Assembly (NCBI GenBank): GCA_965153285.1
Contig: OZ229121.1
Reading direction: 5' to 3' (one strand)
Source of the DNA: Podarcis tiliguerta
Lineage: Eukaryota
DNA: 64,000 bases
In this document: one piece after another, positions 25,133 through 36,851 of the stretch
Layout: each line of letters opens with the position of its first letter
Numbering within the stretch: position 1 is the stretch's first letter
Notes under the pieces: model-generated
What the model saw: the letters and a program-made list of their open reading frames with translations, nothing else
The model's database searches: none
What the model was told of the DNA's origin: nothing
Position numbers and translations under genes: made by a program

Positions 25133-28100
25133 TATAGCATTACTTTGGCTACCTAAGGACCCATGATTTGAGAAATGAGTTTCCCATTAGTGTGTGAGAT
25201 TGATCAGTGTTTTTCTCCTTTGGAAGTACCATGTTATTAAGAAGACTGATCATTTTGCCTGTAACACTAAGCACAGAACTGAAGCTGTTGTGTGTGGTAT
25301 TCGTTTCATATGTAACTGTTGTTTAATGTGTAAACGGGGGTCTCAGAACTGTTCTCAGAACCCTTAACAAACGATAGTTACCAGAATTCTTTGGGGGAAG
25401 CCATGACTGTTTAGAGTGGTATCATGATGTGTTAAATGTATGGTGGCCTTAATGTCAAATCATTGTTCTAAATCTAGAAGAAATCAAGGCCAAGCAATTC
25501 TGTATTCGAAAATGCTCTGCTGCTGCTTTTTTTAGAAGAATGACAGGCATCTTATCTAAGAAGCCTATGGTTAAAAATAATTTGCTGAGTGGCAGATGAA
25601 TTATGAAGCTGACACGCAGAGTGTGAAGACTGACAACGTGAAAGAAATTAGGCAGTGTCTTGAAAAATAGTATGCATTTTGGTTAATTGGATTTCCTGTA
25701 TATCCTCTTGATATATTTATATCTCCTGGTTCAATCTACACATATTTATGACTCCTTCTGTGCCAGGTAAATTTAATGCCTCATAAAATGCCTGCGTTTT
25801 TTTTTTTAAAAAAGTTGTACATTAATAGTTATCGGTTTTACAGTGCTGCAAACTTACCATCTTAGCACAGTGTATGATTTGCTTTGAAAATGAACACAAA
25901 AATGAAGTAGCTTTGATAACCAGTCATGATTTTGGGGTTCAGCTACAACGTAAGGATATACAGATATGCAGGACTCGTGCATGCCATCTCAGTATGAATA
26001 ACAGAGGCCATTTTGAAAAAATGCAGTTTAGACTTCATCTCATAACATGCCAAAACATGAATTCTGTGGGTTCATCTCCTGCTAAGCTGGGCCTGTTGGT
26101 CATGCTCATCCATTTCAATGGGTTTACTTTGAGTGAGACTAACACTGGAATGGATACAACCCTATGTTTGGATTAGCAATAAACTTCCTGTTATGTTCCT
26201 ATAGTGGGAACAAAGACTCATGGTGCAGTCCCAAGAACACTTACTTGAAAGTAGATCCCACCGAATAAAGTAGAATTTACTTTTGAGTAAATAAGCACAG
26301 TGTCAGGCTGCTAGTGTAATTTTTTATTGATATGTGTTGTGGAAATCACAAGAAGCAGCAGTATATTGTAGCAGCCTTCCGTTTTCAAGGTGGCTTACTA
26401 AGTTATTTTCTGCTTTGAGGAAGTACTCTTCATGTCACCAAAGACAGAGTTTCCTGGGTATTTCGTTAAGCCCTGGGATTGTGCTGTCTTTGTCCTTCCT
26501 AAGCAGACTTCAGACGTCTATTCTTCTTCAGTTTCCTGCTCTGTGCTGAGTCAGGCTCTCAAGTTGACCCACCAGCCTGCTCCTTTCAGCCTCTATCTCA
26601 CACATCTTGAGGGGTCAGCGTAACTTTTCTTGTTCTTGCAAGGATTACGCCCAGACGTTCCACTTGCTAAGACAAGGTTCTGCCCTTCCAACAGTTTCCA
26701 TTCTTCGATTTTGAAATTTCCTCTCAATTAAATTAAACTTTTATGTATTTTTTTTTTTTTAAGTTTGGCAGAGAAATCCAACTCCGTTTTCTGCTGGGCT
26801 GGAGGTTGCAGTGGATGGAAGTGTCTCTCTCGTGAGCTCTGTCAACCTCTGTCACCCTCCTGCCTGCTGCTGCCTGCAGAGTGATGCCTGCGTCACTCTC
26901 CTAGAACAGAGCTTCCCATTTTGCCAGCCAAACATGTGGCGCTTTCTAGGTGTGGGTGAGGCTTTTGCGGTGGCATGAGGCCTAATGTGGTCGTGATCAC
27001 AGCACCAGCTGCCATCGCCCTAGTGCTCTATAAAGCCTTGTAGGCCTAGTGGAGGAAAGACTGGATTGCCCCTGAAATCTTTTCCCTCATGAGCTTTGCA
27101 CTCTTAAGCTTCCTTCATGTCACTGAATAGGAGCGGTGCAGTCTGGAATAAATTAAGCAATTAATGGTGTGCTTCAAAATATGTTTTAAATACAGCATAA
27201 ATGCATTTAATTAAAGAGATATTGCTCTGTCCAGCCCAATAATGTGCAATACATCTCTTAAAGATTTTTACTATTATTATTACTGTACAATACACTAAGG
27301 CATCTGAACCATGTTACAAAGAGGATGTGGAATGAAATATAAGCGTCCATAAAGCTATTTCCTATTATTAAGCAGTAACACATCAAGTATGTATTGTTAG
27401 CAGCAAGTGACAACTGGATTGTTAATTAATGATCCAAAGCAAAAGCAAGGCTGATGAATGCCCTAACAAGCTAGCTGTTAACTGCTGTGAAGGTGAATTC
27501 TGGGATAATAATTGCTACATTAAAATGTACTCAGTGGTTTATTGCACCATTTTTATTCAGCCTTTTGAAAAATTAGTCTGGGCAAGCTAATAACTGCACC
27601 ACCAACCCCTCCCTGCAGCAGCCAGAATATAAGACATTTCTTCTAGTTGATGCAGCGGTCCATATGAAATGGGTTGTTGTCAGTAATTAATGACAAGTTT
27701 GGTAATTAACTGCTGAAAGGTAGACAGAAGGTAGTTAGCATTGTAAGAGGACATGCTTGAAAGGGTTATCCCCACTTGGAAAAAGCTTCATCTGGAGAGG
27801 TAACTGCAGGAGGAAAACAGAGCACAAAAGAATGGCTGGCTCCTTAATATCTGGAGTAATTTGTTTTCCTGGCAATTGATTAACTTTTGGCTTTAATGGA
27901 TGGCTTGATGGTTACATTATCTAGTTTGTGTAATCTATCAGCATTATTTTTTGAAAAAAATTGTGTTTTGCGTCTAGAACATTTAGTTTCGCCTAGTTAC
28001 TTAATGGCTGCCCATACTTTGGGACGCTGCACTGTTATACATTAAATTGCCCTGTAACGTATCCTGTAGAGAAAATGTCATTCAGAAAGGAATTGTTGAG

Positions 28101-28626
28101 GTCTGCTTTGGTTGTTGAAAAACTTGATAGCAAATGAGTGTAGTGATCACAATCTGTTGGTGTATTATTATAGCACGATGGAAAATGAGAAGATTCATGT
28201 TTTCCCATAGAAGTCAAATGGAAACCGTGGTGTCTTGTGGGAGTAAAGTGAAGCTATGAGATGCTACTTGAGATGGAGAAAAGCCAGGCCTCTGACCTTG
28301 CCACGAAATATAGCAAGGGTGGGGAACCGTATTCAGCCCAAGACCCACATTCCCATCTGGGCAAGCTTCTGAGGACCACATGCTTGTGGTGGTAGGTGGG
28401 GCAAGAGGCAAAAGTGGGGGAAGCAATGATGCAAATGTTGCCTCTGTACAAGAGATTAGTGTCTACACACACTCCTATCTTCTATCCAGGCATCCAAGAG
28501 GCATTATCAGTTCAATAACATATCCCAACCAGCCAGAAACCCTGAAGGAGGGTATGCAGTAGGGCTGGTGAGAGGTGTGGCCTGTGGAGGGAGGGTGTGG
28601 TGAAGAGACTCCCAAGAGGCCTTGAC

Positions 28627-28945
28627 TAATAATAATAATAATAATAATAATGCCCTGCCCATCTGCCTGGATTTCCCCAGCCTCTCTGGGTGGCTTACAG
28701 TACATATAAAAATATAGTAAAATGTCAAACATTAAAAACTTCCCTATACAGGGCTGCTTTCAGGTGTCTTCTAAAAGTCAGATGGTTGTTTATTTCCTTG
28801 ACATCTGGTGGGAGGGCATTCCACAGGGAGAGGGCCACTACCGAGAAGGCCCTCTGCTGGTTCCCTGTAACCTCACTTCTCACAGGGAGGGAACCTCCAG
28901 AAGACCCTTGGAGGAGGACTTCAGTGTTTGGGCTGAGTGATGGGA
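28627..28945 (-). mobile_element. L2-type LINE 3' fragment
   Basis: (AAT)n tail, gccctgcccatctgcctggatttccccag, gggagggcattccacagggagagggccactaccgagaaggccct. Confidence 0.75.
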
Positions 28946-29026
28946 CTCCTCAGGCCCCTGCACTTGAGGTTCCCGAGCCCTGATACATAGGGATCCATCC
29001 CTCATCCTTCAAAGTCCCACCTTCTC

Positions 29027-29304
29027 CACTGTCATTCTTGGCTTCTTGCGTGATGCCCTCCCTCACAGAACATCCGTTTCGGAGCCCCGTTCGCATCCCG
29101 AATGGAACGCAAGATGTGACAGCGCCTCTGCGCGTGCGTGGGTTGCGTTTTGCCGCTACCACGCATGCACGTGACGTCATTTTGAGCATCTGCTCATGCG
29201 CGAGCGGCAAAACCCGGAAGTAGCGCACTGTTACTTCCGGGTTGCCACAGAGCGCAACTTGAACACGCTCAACCCAAAGTGCATTCAACTCGAGGTATGA
29301 CTCT
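29027..29304. mobile_element. CpG-rich Tc1/mariner-type MITE
   Basis: Right end caactcgaggtatgactctg, degenerate left end ctgtcattcttggc; internal palindrome aacccggaagta...tacttccgggtt. Confidence 0.6.
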
Positions 29305-29320
29305 GTGTGTGTGTGTGTCT

Positions 29321-29359
<39 letters not shown>
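29305..29359. repeat. (GT)n/(TA)n compound microsatellite
   Basis: Read directly from the sequence. Confidence 0.9.
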
Positions 29360-29364
<5 letters not shown>

Positions 29365-30138
29365 GAGGAGCTACCTCAGTACCATCAGAAACTTAAGTGG
29401 AGAAGTAATGTATCGGTAATGCCCATTTTTTACTTTCCTCTTTAGTAAGTGCAGCTTTACTGTAAGACAAATCCCCTTAATATAGCCAGGGCAATCCACA
29501 AGCAACTTAAAACAGCATGCTTGTATTTAAAATGGTATGGCTTCAATGGTTTGCATTTCACAGACAGCTATGTGGCCCCCCAGGGTATATCCAGTTCCCT
29601 TCTCTTCTCTGAGTCCTGCTGGTAGTTTTCTTTATCCATCTCCCTTCACTTCCCTGCAACTGGAACATGTTTAACTCTCACCAGGGATACAGCTGAGACA
29701 GCAATGGGAGTAGAACTGTAGAACTAACAGAACACAGGAGTTGACATCATCATTATGTCACAATGGCTTCAGGGAGCAGGTGTCTAATAGTGGGTCACAA
29801 AGCAGGAGAATAGCAGTGGTGGAATGTGAAGGGAAACTTTGTATGTCAATTCTCATTTTTTAAGAAATAAGTGTCTAGTTGACAGTTTATAAGCCTTTTT
29901 GTAAAATGCATTTATCTTCTAGTTCAGCACCCTGTCTGATGCAGTGCTGCTTTTTTAGGTGGGCCAACCCCCCCTTTAATTAACTTTGAAAATGCCACAT
30001 GTATAACGTGCTAAAAACTGCCACCCACTTGTATCTGTGTGGGACCCCATAGCCTGTGCTGCACTTATGTCACAGAATCTCAGTGGTTGTTTTAAATGAT
30101 TGGAGTACATATGCCATGAATCAAAAACTCTATGATGC

Positions 30139-30345
30139 AGAATCATAGAGTTGGAAGGGACCCCAAGGGTCATCAAGTCCCTGCAATGCAGGAACCTCAG
30201 CTAAGGCATCCATGACAGACGGCCATCCAACCTAAGCTTTACAACCTCCAAGGAAGGAGAGTCCACAACCTCCAAGGGGAGACCATTCCACGATCCAACA
30301 GCAATTACTGTCAGAAAGCTCTTCCTGATCTTTAGTCGGAATCTC
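30139..30345 (-). mobile_element. CR1 LINE 3' fragment
   Basis: agaatcatagagttggaagggaccccaagggtcatc...ccatccaacc...actgtcagaaagctcttcctgat: reverse of the canonical CR1 3' end (ATTCTATG tail). Confidence 0.85.
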
Positions 30346-30490
30346 AGTCCAAGTCCTGGTAACTTGTGGAAGCCACAACTTCAGAAACACAACTTGAGAA
30401 GTAGCATCAAGTGTTTGTACTGAATGTTTGTTCAGCGCTCTTGTTTCACAACGATTTTCCTCTTACCCATTGGCATCGCCATTGTTGCAG

Positions 30491-30687
30491 GTTTATGACT
30501 GATGCAGCCCGGCGAGAGCAGGAATCCCTGAAGAAGAAAATCCAGCCTAAACTCTCCCTGACTCTATCAAGTTCGGTGTCCCGGGGAAACGTATCTACTC
30601 CTCCACGCCACAGCAGTGGGAGCCTTACTCCGCCAGTCACGCCACCCATTACCCCCTCCTCGTCGTTTCGTAGCAGCACACCCACAG
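30491..30687 (+). CDS. JAZF1: JAZF1 internal coding exon (equivalent to human exon 3), 197 bp
   Basis: ttgcAG|GTTTATG acceptor and CACAG|gtaag donor. Encodes (R)FMTDAARREQESLKKKIQPKLSLTLSSSVSRGNVSTPPRHSSGSLTPPVTPPITPSSSFRSSTPT(G), matching vertebrate JAZF1 as I recall it. Phase joins the next exon (G+GA=Gly). Confidence 0.97.
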
Positions 30688-30917
30688 GTAAGAGGACTTG
30701 GTTTCGTAGCATTGAGTGATTGCAGTGTACCATTGAAAGATTGAGTAGTTTGGCATGCAGCCATAAAGAAGGGCATGTTGTGATTTCTGTGCATTCTATT
30801 TTCTACTGGGAAATAAATCTCATGTGTGTTACAGTCAGATTCTGTTTCGCGAACCAAAATGGGGTTCCTGACAGGTGTGACTGGGCTTCTGTTTGGTTTT
30901 TGTACCTAATTTATCTA

Positions 30918-31142
30918 CAGTGGTACCTCAGGTTACAGACGCTTCAGGTTACAGACTCCGCTAACCCAGAAATAGTACCTCAGGTTAAGAACTTTGCTTC
31001 AGGATGAGAACAGAAATTGTGCTCCGGCAGCGCGGCAGCAGTGGGAGGCCCCATTAGCTAAAGTGTACCTCAGTTTAAGAACAATTTCAGGTTAAGAACG
31101 AACCTCCAGAACAAATTAAGTTCTTAACCTGAGGTACCGCTG
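30918..31142 (+). mobile_element. Tc1/mariner (pogo/Tigger-like) MITE
   Basis: TA-CAGTGGTACCTCAGGTTA...TAACCTGAGGTACCGCTG-TA. Confidence 0.88.
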
Positions 31143-33207
31143 TATTGTCATTTTGCTAATTGCGGTGCAACGTGAAGTAAGGGAAACGGAGCAAAATGGG
31201 TTGTGTAGAATCTGAAAAAAGGGGAATCTCATACTAAACTTGGGAAGAGATGAAAAAGTGATGTTCCTGTTGCCGTTATAGACAATTTGTGTCCCTGTAA
31301 AATCAGTGCAACTTATATATATATATAAATTATATGCCTTGCTGAAATAAAAAAAAGTGTGTATTCTGAGGGCACCTGGCTAATGTTCCAAAGTATAGGT
31401 GCTGCCATACAAAAAGATACCGTAGATTCTCTGGAATTGCAACATGCGCTTTATACGGTGCTTGTAAAAGTGCAAGTTCGTTGGGTCCTACATTTTAAAT
31501 CTTTGGATGTTAAATATTTGTGTGTGTTTAAAACAATAGCGTTTCCAAATTGATTTCCATAATATTAATATGGTTTTATATTAAACATATTTCTGACGTT
31601 CTTAAGAATCTTTGCATATAACTCATTTTTAAATGAAAGAAGCTACTGAGTATGGCTGAGAAATAATGACCCCATATTTTTTGTTTAATTAAACCACTTT
31701 CTGAGTTGTATGGATTTATTTGAAACCCATAATCCCTGGACCTTTCATACTTGCAATAGATTTTTTTTTTTAATGAATTATATTCAGTAAAACTAGGTAA
31801 CTAATATCGGCCTGGTATGAGTTTGTGGTCCACTCGTAAATCGTGAACCCATAGTTTAATGCTACCTTCTATGTTCTCAGTGACTCTCCTTTTTCCACAA
31901 AATGCTTTTCAATGTTTTGTTTAAAAACCTCTCCTTCTGCTTTTTTGTTTTTTTAAAAAAATGGCTCTTGGCCGCCTTTCCCCCATTTATTTTGTTTCGC
32001 AGCGTGTGCAGATCATCTGTGCTTTCCAACTCTGCATTTTAAAAACCTCTCATTGTACTTTCTGTTCTTTAAAAAAATGGCTTTTGGCCACCCTTATTCA
32101 GTTTTACAATGTGCATATATCTTTGCTTTCCAAGTCACCTTGCCTACTTGTGTGGCAGGTGTAAATGACGGGGGCCCACCCTGATAGCAGAAACAGAATA
32201 GCATGTTTGGCTAGACATATCTCAAACAACTCATCAATCATTAAACTTGAAAAGGAGATGGGGAGTCAAATTTCGGCAATTGCTCCCATTTTTTTTACTT
32301 TAAACTGTGCAGACCCCTGCAGCGCTGGTTCTGACTTACAAAGTGTTAAATGGCTTGGCTGCTGTGACTATACCATGTCCCTTTGAAAACACCTATATGA
32401 TGCCATAATATGGACACATACGTTGGTACTCTCACTGGCTAGATCACATTTATTTTTAAAATTAGCATCCCATCGTTTAATTTAAACATTTCCAGGGCAG
32501 CTTACAATATTGAAAACAGCGTAAGGAATAACAACACTACAGCCTTAAAACAGCAACAAAACAACACAGGAGGTACATAGGTTTTTTTAAAAAGCCTTAA
32601 AACAGTATTTAAAAGTTAAAAGCTTGGCAAAAAAGGGGGGGGGTCTTTGTCCAGCCTAATAGCTATATTTTGCAGTTTGTGAGCAGCCTTTAAAGGCAGC
32701 CACATGTACAGTGCATTACATCTGTCTAACTGGAATGGTGCTCCATGCAGCTGATGCCACTTGAGATTCCAGCAATAGTGTGAACCAGATCCTTCATTGG
32801 GAGTGCAGCCGAATCCTGAACAGCTTAAACACTCACCTCCCTGAGCACATGAACCACCCTTCAATGATACCTCAGTTTTATCAGGATTGGGCTTCAGTTT
32901 ATTGATCCTCGTCCAGTCCACTACTGATCTCAGACCTTCCTTTAGGACTCTCCTGCTAAATTCCCAGATAGTTTCACTCAGTGATTCCATAAGCATATTA
33001 AGAACCATGGAGAACATGATGGAGCCCTGTGGAACACCAGCATAAATGCCATGGGGGCAAACAGTAGACCCCCACATCTCCTCTTCAATCAACCCCCCCC
33101 CCCATAGAAGCCAAATCCTAGGGGCTGAGGTCCCTTTGCTGCCCCCCAATAAAATATTGGAGGGGGCTGCTCCCCCAGTTGATGGGCATTGCCATTCAAA
33201 TGGTGTG

Positions 33208-34037
33208 TGTCAGGCTTCAAGGACTAGTTTCCTCCCCTCTTTTGGCAGTAAATAAGTAGAACAAAAGGACGCGGGTGGCGCTGTGGGTTAAACCACAGAG
33301 CCTAGGACTTGCTGATCAGAAGGTTGGTGGTTCAAATCCCCGCAATGGGGTGAGCTCCCGTTGTTCGGTCCCTGCTCCTGTCAACCTAGCAGTTCGAAAG
33401 CACATCAAACTGCAAGTAGATAAATAGGAACCGCTCCAGCGGGAAGGTCAACGGTGTTTCTGTGCGCTGCTCTGGTTCGCCAGAAGCGGCTTAGTTATGC
33501 TGGCCACATGACCCGGAAGCTGTATGCCGGCTTCCTTGGCCAATAAAGCGAGATGAGCGCCGCAACCCCAGAGTCGGTCACAACTGGACCTAATGGTCAG
33601 GGGTCCCTTTATCTTTATGTAAGCAGAACAAAGCAAAAACAGTCTCGTACCATTTAGAGATTTTAATGAGCACAGCAAGAGAACAAAGCAGCCATTCCTT
33701 GGACAAAGGTGCTCCCAGTTAAGGATTCCACCCACTTCCTCCCTCGTCATCCATGTCACTTCCGCGTCTTGCAACCTGGTCTCGCAACCACTTTGCTTTC
33801 TGTGCTGCCGCCTTATCAGCTTGTGGTGACCTTAGGCCGGGCGGGTGTACGCTTTCCAGTGAGAGAGAGTCTGTTAGCTCTCTTTCTCCCAGTCCTTCTT
33901 CTCCTAGCTGTTCACTACCCGGTTCTTCCCAGCTTCTGTCTTCTGGACTATGTCCCTCTGCATACCGCTGTTTCAAATCTATACTGTCCCACTGCTCCTG
34001 TGAAGATTCAGGATCCTCCACAGCACGGTCCCTGACA
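33208..34037 (-). mobile_element. Solo-LTR-like element containing a Sauria SINE
   Basis: TGTCAGG...CCTGACA inverted termini; 5-bp TSD gtgtg/gtatg; homologous to 8392-8863. Confidence 0.75.
33267..33617 (+). mobile_element. Sauria SINE A, full length (subfamily 1)
   Basis: TSD taagtagaacaaa (33253) / taagcagaacaaa (33620). Confidence 0.93.
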
Positions 34038-35426
34038 GTATGTGTGCACCGCATCTTGTGATCATTTATGTGGGGCTGGACTCACCTGTCCCCCTGCCCA
34101 ATATTTTATTCCAAGTTGGCACCCCTGAGCCTTCCTGATAAGAGAGAAAAAGCTAGGCCCCCTATTTCCAATCCAGCAGCCTACCATGTTTATGATGGTA
34201 TCAAAAGCTGACCCAGGAGTATTAGCAGGGTCACCCCCCCCACACACTGTCTTTCTCTTATTAGAGGGCATCTGTCAAGGCCAAGACCAGGTCTGAAAAC
34301 AGATTGAAATGGATCCAGAAAATTAGCTGCGCCTAAAAGTGGCTCCTGCCCACCTAGCAATTCCTGCCCAGTTCCTGCCCACCTAGCAGTTCGAAAGCAC
34401 CCTTAAGTGCAAGTAGATAAATAGGAACCGCTCCAGCGGGAAGGTCAACGGTGTTTCTGTGCACTGCTCTGGTTCGCCAGAAGCGGCTTAGTTATGCTGG
34501 CCACATGACCCGGAAGCTGTATGCCGGCTTCCTTGGCCAATAAAGCGAGATGAGCGCCGCAACCCCAGAGTCGGTCACAACTGGACCTAATGGTCAGGGG
34601 TCCCTTTATCTTTATGTAAGCAGAACAAAGCAAAAACAGTCTCGTACCATTTAGAGATTTTAATGAGCACAGCAAGAGAACAAAGCAGCCATTCCTTGGA
34701 CAAAGGTGCTCCCAGTTAAGGATTCCACCCACTTCCCCCCTTGTCATCCATGTCACTTCCGCGTCTTGCAACCTGGTCTCGCAACCACTTTGCTTTCTGT
34801 GCTGCCGCCTTATCAGCTTGTGGTGACCTTAGGCCGGGCGGGTGTACGCTTTCCAGTGAGAGAGAGTCTGTTAGCTCTCTTTCTCCCAGTCCTTCTTCTC
34901 CTAGCTGTTCACTACCCGGTTCTTCCCAGCTTCTGTCTTCTGGACTATGTCCCTCTGCATACCGCTGTTTCAAATCTATACTGTCCCACTGCTCCTGTGA
35001 AGATTCAGGATCCTCCACAGCACGGTCCCTGACAGTATGTGTGCACCGCATCTTGTGATCATTTATGTGGGGCTGGACTCACCTGTCCCCCTGCCCAATA
35101 TTTTATTCCAAGTTGGCACCCCTGAGCCTTCCTGATAAGAGAGAAAAAGCTAGGCCCCCTATTTCCAATCCAGCAGCCTACCATGTTTATGATGGTATCA
35201 AAAGCTGACCCAGGAGTATTAGCAGGGTCACCCCCCCCCCCCACACACTGTCTTTCTCTTATTAGAGGGCATCTGTCAAGGCCAAGACCAGGTCTGAAAA
35301 CAGATTGAAATGGATCCAGAAAATTAGCTTCGCCTAAAAGTGGCTCCTGCCCACCTAGCAATTCCTGCCCAGTTCCTGCCCACCTAGCAGTTCAAAAGCA
35401 CCCTTAAGTGCAAGTAGATAAATAGG
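33411..35426 (+). repeat. Tandem duplication, units 33411-34407 and 34408-35408 (997 and 1001 bp), plus the 18-bp junction homology
   Basis: Near-identical ORF pairs offset by 997 bp; by eye about 5 substitutions and a C8/C12 length difference. Confidence 0.96.
34345..34614 (+). mobile_element. Chimeric Sauria SINE (5' part from SINE B, 3' part from SINE A)
   Basis: Left flank is B's TSD taaaagtggct (34334); right flank is A's TSD taagcagaacaaa (34617); diagnostic bases switch across 34408-34425. Confidence 0.9.
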
Positions 35427-35626
35427 TACCGCTTTATAGCGGGAAGGTAAACGGCGTTTCCGTGTGCTGCTTCTGGTGCCGGTTCGCCAGAGCAGCTTTG
35501 TCACGCTGGCCACGTGACCCGGAAGTGTCTTCGGACAGCGCTGGCTCCCGGCCTCTAGAGTGAGATGAGCGCACAACCCTAGAGTCTGTCAAGACTGGCC
35601 CGTACGGGCAGGGGTACCTTTACCTT
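35346..35626 (+). mobile_element. Sauria SINE B, 5'-truncated (subfamily 2)
   Basis: Perfect TSD taaaagtggct (35335-35345, 35627-35637). Confidence 0.92.
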
Positions 35627-36851
35627 TAAAAGTGGCTGGAGTTGTATTCCTACTTGAGTAGCTCGCCCAGGAAATGGACATTTGCATTTATGGAACAAAC
35701 TCTTTGACACTTGTCACCGTCAAAGCATCTATATCTTTTCTAAATGTCCTTTAGAAGCGCTTTTGGTCCACCTCCTTTCGGTCTGGTTTTCCGTGCCACA
35801 ATATTTAAGGGGGGGGGGGGCTTTGGTCTCCGGCTTACAATGTGGGCAGAACAGGCAATACATGCTCTTGGATCTTGTGATGGGTGTGTTGCGAAGACAT
35901 TTAGCTTTGGCTAAGTTGCTGTATTTCAGCCTCAGTTTCTCATCTTGGAAGCATGGTGGCTTACCTACCGCAGAAGAACCCTATCTGTGACTTGACCTTC
36001 AAGAACCGGGTGGGCTAGAAGAGTAAAATAAATAAGGCCAGCATTTCCATTCTCTTGCTGCAAAATTATTATTTATTTTACCCTGCAAACTATTCCCAAT
36101 CATTTGTGTCATAAATAAAGTTCTTAAAATAAGCATAAACATATGTCCTTCCACTCTGCCGGAGCCATAATGCTCAGGGCTTTGTTAGTGCAGTGCCTTA
36201 TTGGACACGTACTGTTTTTTATATATCTAAAAAATGAGCTCCCTATGTTAATTTTCTTGAAAAAGCGGAGTTTATTTTTAATTTGGGCTAGCTCACTAAA
36301 TTAGGTGCTCTCCTACAGAACAATTTGTACCAGTAATAAGAAAGTAGTAATATGAAACTTCATTAAATAGTTCTTTTATTTAATCTTCGCATACGACTGG
36401 GCTGGCTGCCACTTTTTTACAGGTGAGTTATGGAGTGTGCCAAATAGCAAAGTGTGAATTAACAAAGTGGTGTTTAGATTTGGGGGAGAAAATGTTTTGC
36501 ATGTCCGTACTCTTAATTGCACTGGTAGAAGCAGCCGCTTGCCTATTATTTGGCTACCCTTAGTAAATTAAAACTGATTGCCTATATGAGTCAAAAGGAA
36601 TTCTTTTGAAAATAAGCATGTGGTTAGTCAGTGTATGTGTAACATGCAGGCACCATAACCTCTCGTTTCAAATGTAAACCGCAGAACATTCCTTATAGAC
36701 TAGGGACCTCTGTTGTGCTCTTCCCTGGCTCATGTAGAAAATACAGACACATCACCTAAAATGTTATAATTTCAAATATATATATATACATGCAGCGGTA
36801 CTTGAATCCAGCCTAAGTTAGTTGAACTTGGGCCCTATTGAAATCAATATA

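Larger units (their letters stand above)
33103..34127. mobile_element. Foldback hAT-like MITE split by the solo LTR (33103-33207 + 34043-34127)
   Basis: Inverted arms aataaaatattgg (33148) / ccaatattttatt (34098); right end ttggcacccctg. Confidence 0.6.
32450..35700 (-). pseudogene. Degenerate L2/CR1-clade LINE reverse-transcriptase remnant, fragmented by later insertions
   Basis: Minus-strand ORF pieces carry RT-like motifs FLDPFQSVFRPG, SAFDTI, GVPQGSI, INKLKPNPDKTEV; L2-like tail ccagggcagcttaca near 32.49 kb. Confidence 0.75.

Noticed and set aside
1-30490. JAZF1 exon 2 or a nested gene in the long intron
   Set aside because: I did not see the expected upstream JAZF1 peptide or any convincing exon; a small non-coding exon cannot be excluded by eye.
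32616-33149. 177-aa RT-like ORF as a functional or domesticated reverse transcriptase
   Set aside because: No catalytic YADD-type motif is visible, it is frameshifted and interrupted by insertions: a dead LINE fragment.
33448-35058. Duplicated 100-110 aa ORFs as a tandem gene pair or toxin-antitoxin-like module
   Set aside because: They lie within LTR and SINE sequence and recur only because of the 1 kb duplication; no domain or splice structure.
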